From NCBI GenBank assembly GCA_027604505.1, contig JADIIX010000085.1, forward strand, positions 62,001-97,320: a stretch of DNA of 35,320 nucleotides. Direction: 5' to 3'. The notes beneath the pieces are model-generated. The model ran no database searches. It was not told where the DNA came from and saw nothing but the letters and a program-made list of their open reading frames with translations. The translations under genes and the position numbers were made by a program. Positions 24,157 to 34,382 of this stretch are shown here, piece after piece (within the stretch, counting starts at the first letter, position 1; each line of letters opens with the position of its first letter). This DNA is from Gonapodya sp. JEL0774. Its lineage: Eukaryota.

Positions 24157-25207
24157 ACCACTTACCACTACAGCAGTGCGCCAAAAGGAAAAGTGAATCT
24201 GCCTGCCGACTGTGACACACCCGTTGGTCACCGCTGCGACTCTGCCTGCCGACTGTCACCGCTGTCACCGCTGTCATGGACAGGAGTTGTTCGCACAGTG
24301 TGGGCCGGTCGCCCTCGTCTTGTTCTCGATCACTAGAGTGTGACTGCCGATGCATGAGTGTATCGGTGCAGAGTTGGTACTGTGACACGGGGTGGTTGCG
24401 GTCACCGATGTGGTGTGTAACTGGAACCCACCATTGCGTGGAAAGAGAGGTACGACCAATAGCGCACATCAAGACTCTCTACGAATCCACAGCCTTATGT
24501 AAAATTTTAATATAAAAAAACGCACCGGCGCAATTCCGTGCGGGCAGGGGAACCTTGTTGTTCGTCTCCAGCAGGTCTTCACGACGGTGCTTTGCCACTC
24601 CCCACGCGAGCTGTGGGAAGTCGGAGTCCGTCAAAACAGTGTTTGGACAAGTGTGCTGCTAATTTCCATGTCTGCGGCAGGCAAAAGACGTGTTGGAGCG
24701 CAACGGATTCAACCACCACAACCGTGCGACGGAACCGGCAAATGCCAAAACGGCGAGCAGCAAGAATAAGCTGGATTCAACTACAAATTCGCGCTTTCAA
24801 TTTGTTCCAAATCATCAAACAAAAGAAAAGTAGAAACTTGACAGGGAGGGCCACAGCAGGCCTGGCGCCACAGCTATGGAAATCCCCCGAGGCCCTTGTC
24901 CTTCCCTGCCCGCGAAGACAGAGCACCGAAGGAAGTTTGGACCCGAAAGATCGAAAGATCCGACCACAAACAGAATTCGAATTATCTTCGCACCAATCAA
25001 CAAATTGCTTCGCAGCGAATTCGTTCGCCGTATTTGAACGCCAAGTCGTACTCTGAACTGCACTCATCTGCACTCGTCTGCATCGTTACCCGCCTGTCAA
25101 TCCCATCATCAATCGCCACTTCTGCTCCGGAACTCTTGTATTCTATTCGAACCCATTCCCTCGCTCTCTGGATCTTTCATTCCTTCCTTTCATCATCATA
25201 ATTCGTA

Positions 25208-27520
25208 ATGCGTGAGATCGTCAACGTTCAAGTCGGTGAGTGGTCCCGGGTCGTCATTCCATCCTTCCATCATGTCTTGAATCTGCTCACTCATCGCATG
25301 CTCATCCCAATCCGATCAATCCGTCCTTGCCCCATCTTCATGTCTGCTGGCCATGTGGTCCCCCCTACTTCTCCTCTCCAATCCACCCAACCCTCCCGTC
25401 ACACCCATTACATTTGTGTGATCCTCCAACCCCACCGACAGGCCAGTGCGGTAACCAAGTCGGCTCCTCATTCTGGCAGACCATTTGCGCCGAGCACGGC
25501 ATCCAGGCCGACGGCACCTACGCAGGCACCTCGGACTACCAAAAGGAAAGACTCAACGTCTACTTTACCGAAGCGTCGGAGGGGAAGAAGTATGTTCCAA
25601 GGTGGGTAACAGGTGTTTGTTGACAACGTAGTGATCGGAGGAGGACTGTGAGGGTACGTGGACCAGGAAGACGTCCTTGAACGTTGACGGCTCTGGTGTG
25701 CGCACACAAGAGATTTGACAGGGGTTAATTGCGCAGTCTGGACATTGTCGGACACCCACGGTCGGTCAGATGACGAGCTCACACCCGGTGTACTGTACTT
25801 TCCACCTCCAAACCACCCGAATCCCCCACTCCTCACCCAGAACCGTCCTTGTCGACCTCGAGCCCGGCACTCTCGACGTCATCCGCTCCAGCCCCATGGG
25901 CTCAGTCTTCAAACCCGACAATTTCGTGTTTGCCCAATCCTCGGCGGGCAACAACTGGGCAAAGGGCCACCTCACCGAGGGCGCCGAGCTTATTGGATCC
26001 ATCCTCGACGTGGTCCGCAAAGAGGCCGAGGGGACGGATTGTCTACAAGGGTTCCAGCTCTCGCACTCGTTGGGCGGGGGCACCGGGTCCGGGTTGGGAA
26101 CACTCATTGTGTCAAAGATTCGCGAGGAGTTTCCGGATAGGATGATTGCGACCTTTAGCGTGGCGCCGTCGCCCAAGGTGTCGGATACCGTTGTGGAACC
26201 ATGTGAGTGGTTCTTTATCCCCTCGAGACCCACCCCGATTTTGCTGGTTGTGAATGGTGCGTTCTCACGGCCCAAACACTCGTTTTCAGACAATGCAGTC
26301 CTCTCCGCCTCGATCCTCACCGAGAACGTCGACGCTACATTCTGTATCGGTGCGTACCTTATCCACTGACCTGTTTCCTTCTCCACTGTATTTTTACCTA
26401 CGCCTCCATTCCTCTGGACCGCCGCACTCCCTCCACCCCCGCCCCCCCCCCCCCTCCCCCCCCTCGCCCACATAGACAATGAAGCACTGTACAACATTTG
26501 CAACCGCACCATGAAGTCGCAGACTCCGTCGTACGTGGACTTGAACAAGCTCGTGTCGTCGGTTATGGGTGGTGAGTGTCGTTGGTCTCACGCACGTTTG
26601 TGCCGAAAATTTGTCCGCAACAAAAGCAACACTCACTCACACCTGGGTTGTGAATCCCAACTTTGCCCCTTGTTCCACACTCCGCATTCTTACTCTCCTT
26701 CCCAGGCATCACCACCTCTCTCCGCTTCCCTGGCCAGCTCAACGCCGACCTGCGCAAGCTCGCCGTCAACATGGTCCCCTTCCCCCGCCTACATTTTTTC
26801 CTGCCCGGACAAGCCCCGCTCGTCAACACGGGGTCCGAGGGGTACACCAAACTGACCGTGCCCGAGCTCATTAACCAGATGTTTGACGTCAAGAATATGA
26901 TGGTGGACGTGGACCCCAGTAGGGGAAAATACTTGGCGGCGGCGGCAATTTTCAGAGGGAAGTTGAGTCATAATGAGGTGAGGTTTCATTGGGTGGTGGT
27001 GGTGGCGGATGGAGTGTGCAATGTTGTCCGCACCACCTGATGCAACCCTCGTCTTTCACTCCCCCCCACCATTGCCCTGCCCCTTCCACCACCCACAAAG
27101 GTCATGAACCAAATGAACGTGATGCAAGCCAAGTCCTCCACCAACTACGTCGACTGGATCCCCAACAACGTCACCACCTCTGTGTGCGACGTACCCCCCA
27201 TTGGCCTCCCCATGTGCTCCACCTTCATCGCCAACACCACGGCCATGCAGGGCATGTTTGGCCGCCTCAACGACCAGTTCTCTGTCATGCTCAAGCGCAA
27301 AGCGTTTATGCACTGGTACACTGGAGAGGGTATGAGCGAGACCGAGTTTACAGAGGCAGGGTCCAACATTGCCGATTTGATTTCCGAGTACCAGCAGTAC
27401 CAGGATGCGGGGGCAGAGGAACCCAGGAGTGAGCGGAGTGGGGCACAGGGAATGCCAATGGGAGGGAAGAACGAGGCGTTGGTCGCGATGACGGGTGGAA
27501 TGCAAGCTATGCGGGTGTGA
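25208..27520 (+). CDS. TUBB: Beta-tubulin, divergent paralog
   Basis: MREI start, [71 protein letters not shown]. Introns 25236-25441, 25602-25840, 26203-26289, 26350-26475, 26572-26705, 26978-27100 all join in frame. Confidence 0.97.
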
Positions 27521-27974
27521 GCGACCGTGTGTGAAATGGAGGTGGACAAGGGCCGGCACGATATACCTCTTTCCTTGTACAATTCTAGAATGAAGATAGA
27601 ACATTGTTTGCTCGACGCTGAAACCCGTCCCTCGATTCTCTTTTTTGATTGTGAGTGAGTGCGTGTTGCATTCGCAAACAGTGGTGATCCTTGTCATGGC
27701 ATATGTGTGTTCATGCAAAATATGCAAAACGAGGAAGCAAACTAAATACACCAGAATTGCAAAACGCAAAGTAATGCTGACGCCAGTTTTTTGGTGGCTC
27801 ATTTGCTTCGTGTGGTGTGAATCCGAATCGACAAACTGACTCGCCGACGGTCCGAGGAACATGAGACACCTGGAGCCTCGTCATCCAGCTCAAGCGGATC
27901 AAACAAACTCAATTGTGACTCCAACATCAGTCATGACAAACTGCAATCATGAAAGACACTGTTAGTTAACGACA

Positions 27975-30480
27975 TCAACATCGAGTAGGGATCCCGCGGG
28001 TTCCTCGGGTCGACAAACTCACATCAACCACAGCCTCGCACTTTCCTACACGTACCCGTATGACTGCCTCCACGTCCACTTGCAGAAAACTTTCACGTTC
28101 CGAGCTCAAGTCCGTGGCGGAAGCCTTTGCGGACATGAGGGACCAAACAGAACCAGAACCAGACGGCGATGACGGCGCAAGAATGGTACTATTACTTCCT
28201 CCAAGACTAGAGCCGCGTACCAGAGGAGTTGATTGTAGAGAGCTCGCACGAGCACGTGTGGTGGGGAGCGCGGGGCCTGGCGAACTCGAGGGCTCCTCCC
28301 TCGAGGAGGAACCTCGAAGTCCAACAGCCCTTGCAACCACACTGTAAATTTCAGATGCTTCAACGGCGATAGGAAGTGCGCGGCTAGTGATGGTCGACAT
28401 CCCAGGGACGAGAGTAGGATTCGAGGAGAGATCGGCATCGATGGAGCAGAGGCGCATTCGTGGTGTTGGGATCGTCACTGTAGAAGTCAAGTGGTGGATT
28501 GTCACAGGGATGGGGAAGGGATTGTGCAGCACGATCTTGGTCGTAGGTACCGGCATGCTGAGTCTGGCAAAAGCCGAGAGAAGGTTGCTCGGGGTTGGAA
28601 GTGGAATGCTGAGTGCCGTCGACTGGAGAAAAGCGCTTTCGCGAGGCAGAGGCGGTGTGGATGTAGCAATTAACAGACTAGAAAGGGCCGGTGCGAGATA
28701 AGGCAAATCGGACGATTCAGCAAGCCCACGGATAGCCAAGGGGAAAGGAAGGCAGCTGATGTAGGAAGACAACAGGAGACGGGCAGGATTATTGGTGTTG
28801 TCGGATGACGCAGGTGGTGGAACTGAGAACTCGACTGTCGCTGGAACCGAACAAAGTCCCGGAGTGAGATGCAATCGGGGGATCTGCGAGTAATTGCGTG
28901 TTCCGAGAAAATGCGTGCATTTTGTGGGCACAGTCAAATCAATGGAGCTTACCTGGACCTGCCCTACGGAAACTCCACCCGCGAGCACTTCCAATCTTGT
29001 TGGAGACTCCAAATCCAGCTCCACATTGCTCGTGTTCCGAATTTCACATAGAGTTTCGAGTATCAACGTTTTACTGGTGGATCCGACCACATTAAGTGCG
29101 GAGAGTTGAAGATTGGGCAAGGATGAGAGGCCTAGGCGATCATGATTTGAGCAACAATCCGAGCACGATCAAACGCAGCATTCAGCCTGTACGATCACCT
29201 TTCACTGGAACCACTTTAACTAAATTTATGCCACCAACACGAAGAGTGCCATCCCACAAGAGTCCGAGCATTTTCTTTGCAACCTTCGTGTACAGGGGAT
29301 CCCCAGCTCTTGTCTTCAAATCGCAAATGGTCAGTTCCAGCTCCACCTCAGCCTTTAATCCAACTTCAAAAGAGGCACGGTGCAAGAGGGGAACGGAAAG
29401 CAAGGACGCAAATCGCTCGTGCGTTGTTGTAATCGTCGCGCGAGACGCAATGCGGACTGCGTGGGACAGCGTGAGAGGACGTTGCGTGGGTCGGAGTTGA
29501 GGCTCTTGATTTTGGATTAGATGATGAGTACCCGGTTGCACCTGGAAATTGTTTGAAAATGGTTGTGTGGCGGTTGATTCTCGAAGTCGTGGGGCGGAAG
29601 TTGCCCGATGGCGACTTCTTTGGCTGACGGGCGTGTCCAACGACAATCGTGGAGCTCCGATAGTCAAAGAACTTTCAGAGACACCCTTTCCATTGGTAGA
29701 GTACGGTCGAGGTCGCTCGCTTGAAAGCGATTGAGGCTCCGACATATCATTGGTGATGGTTGGCTTTGAGAGAACTTGTCTGAGTCGATGAAGGAAGGCC
29801 ACCACTCCACCAGGCGCAGGCGACAGGTGTATATTGGGCAGACTGAGAGTAGCCAGCGGCGACAGTGTGCGGGTCATGTTCATTTCCACTTCTGTTCTGC
29901 CAATTTCAGATTGCTCCGAAGTGTTGATGTTCAATGCTTGCTCCACTTTTGTTTCCACTCCGCAAATACTTGCTGATCCGGATGAGACAATCATTGTGTG
30001 GAAGGGCAAGGGAATGAGATTCGAACTCGCATTGTCCCTATGAAAGAATCTCTGCAACGCAGAAGCGTCCACGCCGACATTATCCACTGCTCCTTCCACC
30101 TCTATGGCGAATCCTGACCCGTTAAATTGTGACAGTTTCATCGACACGAACCGCAAGCTCGTTGCGTCCACCAATGGTTGCACAAGAGCGGGTAGCAGTG
30201 CCCGCACTGCCCTCCGTGCTGTATACACAGCAAAGATCACTACTAGGAGTGCTCGAGAACCGCAAAGCAAGGTAATTATGTCGGGCAGAGTGAGGATGGA
30301 GCGCAAAGTTCGACCTCAACGTTGTTTGAATGACACCGAATTGAACGCCCGTGGACGGAATAGCACAATTGAGGGCACATCTACAGACAATGTTGATTCG
30401 TCGAAAAGCTCACCTCGAAGTATGCCTTCCAATACCCTCCGCAGTCTCTCCCGCAAAATACCCATCAGTGAAGAAAGCAT
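27975..30480 (-). CDS. DUF3712/LEA_2-like repeat membrane-anchored fungal protein
   Basis: N-terminal hydrophobic segment, then LPALVQPLVDATSLRFVSMKL..GFAIEVEGAVDNVG; IRNTSNVELDL..GVSVGQV; LLSSYIS..LAIRG..PYLAPALSSL; VLHNPFPIPVTI. These patterns are typical of DUF3712-type proteins. First exon and start uncertain. Confidence 0.65.
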
Positions 30481-30760
30481 TGATGAATCAATCACGCCCT
30501 CTCTAAATAAGAGTTTCTGACCCGAGACGAAATTGGCAGTAGATTAGGTTTTTGGAGGTTAGCTGGTTGGCTCTAAAGTCATGACTCGCGAACATGAACA
30601 TGTGATTCAGTGGGAAACCCGTGATCGTGATCATGACCAGGGGAGCACCAAGACACATGGGCGAGTTTCACTCGCCACTTCTCACATACATATCACACTT
30701 AAAAGCTCGTTTATCTCGTACGCATTTCTAAACGCAATCATACCGCCCATTCGAAGGAAC

Positions 30761-31318
30761 ATGGAGCAGCAACTGGACGCTGAGGTGAGCTTCTGTCATT
30801 ATGTGAAAACTGCGCTTTCGGACACTGCTCTCACCGACAAAACACCGATTTTCACCCATAAGACTGCATACGCGGCATTAAATGCCACTATTTTTGAAAA
30901 CCGTCTACCACAAGACTTGCTTATATTGTGGCGGGATGGCCTGGATGTTTTGGGTCGAGTCGTATGGACGAGCAACTCACTCCCGCGTATTGAGTTAAGC
31001 AAGAGGAACATTCAAACCGCTGCCACTCTCTTGGAAACGCTCGCACTTGAAATGTGCCATGTGGGAGAATTGATGGACCGCTGTGAAGGGTCGAACAGGG
31101 ACGCACACCAGAGTTTAGACACCGAGCCCGCATTGGAGCGACACTCCCGGAGCTGGAAGAACAAAACAAAGCGAAGCTATAAAAGGTGAGGGTTTTGAAT
31201 CACATGTCCAGCTTATGCAGAGTTCGTCACCCTGACTGAGTCTTGCAGGCAAGTCGCAGAAATGATTGAGGACGATTTTGGCACCTACCAAGCAAGTGAA
31301 GGGGAATTGAATGCCTAG
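30761..31318 (+). CDS. SprT-like (GCNA/ACRC-type) metalloprotease-domain protein with degenerate zinc motif
   Basis: ALNATIFENRLP..ILW...RIELSKR...LLETLALEMCH...HSRSWK; probable introns 30785-30862 and 31186-31248. Confidence 0.75.
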
Positions 31319-31623
31319 GCAAACATGTGGCTAAGGCTTTGAATCCATAGTTTTGATATCCATGTAAACACCAGGAGCACAAATGTTAGATACCGTCACC
31401 GTCACAAGTCAAGGGTCTAAAGTCCCCACGTCAGCTCCTGTTGCAATAATGTTGTTTTGTTAGGGGATAAATTGTCTCCCCGATTGTCTCCCGGGAATGC
31501 ATTTTGAATATCGGGATCTTTTCACTTCGGTGATTTACACTGAGTTGGTAGCAACACTGTGGCCTCTCAAAACCGTAACTCCACCACCAAATAATCACCC
31601 AATTCCAACTGCTCCACTAAAGA

Positions 31624-32542
31624 ATGTCCAATCTTGCAACCTATCCATCTTTGTGGGATCGAGCCGTCTTTGTCACGGGAGGAGCGACAGGAATCGGTAT
31701 GTTTAACACCTGCTGGTGGTTGTCCGGTCCATTTTTCACAAAAGATTCTTCCCTTTCCCACCTCGGTATCTAGGTGCTGTGATCGTTGAGTCATTTGCCG
31801 CCCAAGGTGCTAAAGTTGCATTCATCGATATCGCGGAGGCCGAGGGCCATGCTCTCTGCGACCGCCTGACGCCCCGACCGTGGTTCAAGAAGGTGGATGT
31901 GACCGATATACCGGCCCTCCAAGCCGCCATTCGCGAGGCAAGTTCGGATTTGGGTGACTTTCATGTTCTCGTAAACAACGTGGTAAGTTACTTGTGAGGT
32001 GCTGTGAAGGGATATGTGTCATCACAAGACTTCTCCCTCAAACCACACCACGGCGTTTTTCCTCTCAGGCCAACGATGATCGCCATAAACTTGAGGACAT
32101 CACACCAGAGTACTACGACAATCGCATTGCGATTAACCAACGGCCAGCAACGTTCGCCATTCAATCCGTCGTTCCTGGGATGAAGCGGTTGGGTGGAGGG
32201 TCGATTGTCAATTTGGGTTCGATCGGGTGGCAGGCGAAGATGGGAGATTTTGTTTGCTATGCTGTCGCCAAGAGTTCTGCCGATGGTCTGACACGGGGGC
32301 TCGCGAAGCCACTTGGAAAGCACGGCATTCGAATCAACACTGTGACTCCCGGCGCGGTGACGACGGAACGGCAAAAGAAGCTCTGGCTCACTCCTCAAGC
32401 AGTCGCTGATATCGATGCTGCGCAGTGTCTCAAATTGGAAGTCATGCCACAAGATATCGCGAGAATGGTACTGTTTCTGGCAAGCGACGACAGCAGGGCG
32501 TGCACGGCTCAGGAGTACAAAGTGGACGCTGGGTTTACTTGA
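31624..32542 (+). CDS. Short-chain dehydrogenase resembling proteobacterial NAD-dependent D-xylose/aldose 1-dehydrogenase
   Basis: ATYPSL...VFVTGGATGIG, VLVNNV|ANDDRH, NLGS, YAVAK (YxxxK), TERQKKLWLTP, AAQCLK, VLFLASDDS; two GT-AG introns (31697-31773, 31983-32068). Confidence 0.92.
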
Positions 32543-34382
32543 TGATTTTGAGAATGGGTGAGAGCAATCATTTTTGAAAAGAGAGGCAAATCTTCAGAGC
32601 AATATAATGAGATTCTAAAGTCTGAAAATAAATCAATGGTCGAATACGGTTTCACTCTGTATGCTTGTTCAGTAATATCTTGCTATAACAGACTTTGGAA
32701 GTGATTTCCGGGCATCAAATGCGGGGGGTGTGCTGGGCGGTAGTCTGGTCCCGGTTGACGCCATCATCGGCTTGGTTGTGCGACGTGCCCCAACAGCGCC
32801 GCAGTGTGCACCGGCCAGGACAGTGGCCATAGGGGTAAGGGCAGGCAGATATAAAGGGTACGAGAAGAGAGAGAAAAAGACAAGATGACTTTTGAATCGT
32901 GCGTTTTGTGCATGTCCATGGAGCTACTCTTCAAGATTGAAACGATTGCGTTAACTGGAATACTGTGTTACAATGTGGCTGCTCATTATATGATGCCAGG
33001 ATGGACGATAATGATGGTGTGGAAGCTGAGACCTGAATTCTTCTTGTTGGTGTTCTGTGAGTTTTTAAGATGGAGTAGAGCAGCTGATTTTTGAGCAAGA
33101 TATTGACGGACGTTTTGAACAGGGTTAGTCGTGTGTTGTTGTAGTTTAAGGATCTTGGATGATTGGACGAGGTGCGAATGTAATCACAGAGATGGGGTTA
33201 GTTTGGATCAGTATGAGACCTGGCAGCTTTCAGAAAAGGAATACTTTTATGAGGAGCCAAGACTGCTTGGTGAGTTTAATTTGAATTGTGGTACGCATAC
33301 TGATTTTAACATAATTACAGACGAATAGAATAGGATAAGCCTTAGAAAGAGATATGGGTGTAGACAATGATTTTTCATGAACTCCGGATATAGATATATA
33401 GATGTTTTGTAATTGAAGTGGAGGAGGGGTAGGGCAAATATGATTGCAGTGGAAAAAGATGTGATGAGAGATGCTCGATATGTTATTTTTTATGAAATAT
33501 AAGAGTAGATTCAGTGAGAATGAAGTTTAGTACAGTTTTATTTACAATCAAGCAATCAGAAGTTTAAGATAAGTTTTGTGGGGGTTAATGACTTAAACGG
33601 CGCATTATTTTGTCTGAGCAATTGTTTTGTGATGTCTTTGTAGTTTGATTTGATCTCCCTATCTTTCTCCATATGTTCCAATATCTGCTGGTTCATGAAT
33701 AGTAAATTCATGATGTTCAGATTGGCCTCTGCAAGTTGTGCCATGAATGTGTACTCTGTGGCTGAAAGATAAGGACGAAGAGGGGGTGGTTTGTGAAGAC
33801 CACAAGATGGTCATGGTATTTTCTAATTGTAATAACGAGAAGTGTTGATGTTTGGGGAACGTGGAGTGAGAGAGGTGCTGATGTCTCAGTTATGGTGAGG
33901 TATGCTGTTGCAGATGTAAGATGTATCAAGGTCCTATGGAGAGGAGAGATGAGAGAGTAAGAGATCAGCGAAGAAAAAGGCAGACGGAAAATCAGAACCG
34001 GCATTTTGAGGGAGTGGGCAAAATTGATGAACCTACATCGTTTGAGAGAGTGGCCATTGTTTTCGCAGAGATTTGTGAGCTTTGATTTGAGAGAAGATAG
34101 GATGAGAGAGATAGAAACTTTGTCGTCGCGTTCATTTATAAACCCAGCACTGCCTCATTCAGAAGCAGAAATTTGTTTTTTTTCTTTGTGGAGGGGGTGG
34201 AGGTGATACTAAGCCAGTTTTCTAATTAGGTTCCGTGTAGAGATATAAATTATTTGAAAATATATTAGATCTGTATGATGATGGGGGCATATTGATGGAT
34301 TGAAGGTGATTTTAAAGAGGGGAGTGATATTGTGCAGTAGAGTACTGTTCTATGATTTTGTGAGCCACTACTGGCTACTGGG

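Noticed and set aside
18000..24340. Many long overlapping Pro/Gly/Arg-rich ORFs in all frames
   Set aside because: Expected from stop-codon scarcity in GC-rich low-complexity DNA; the real exons are explained by UBC6 and the CoA-binding gene.
24510..24545. GC hairpin next to an A/T run resembling an intrinsic terminator or Helitron end
   Set aside because: Eukaryotic intergenic context, imperfect stem and no CTRR terminus at the expected spacing.
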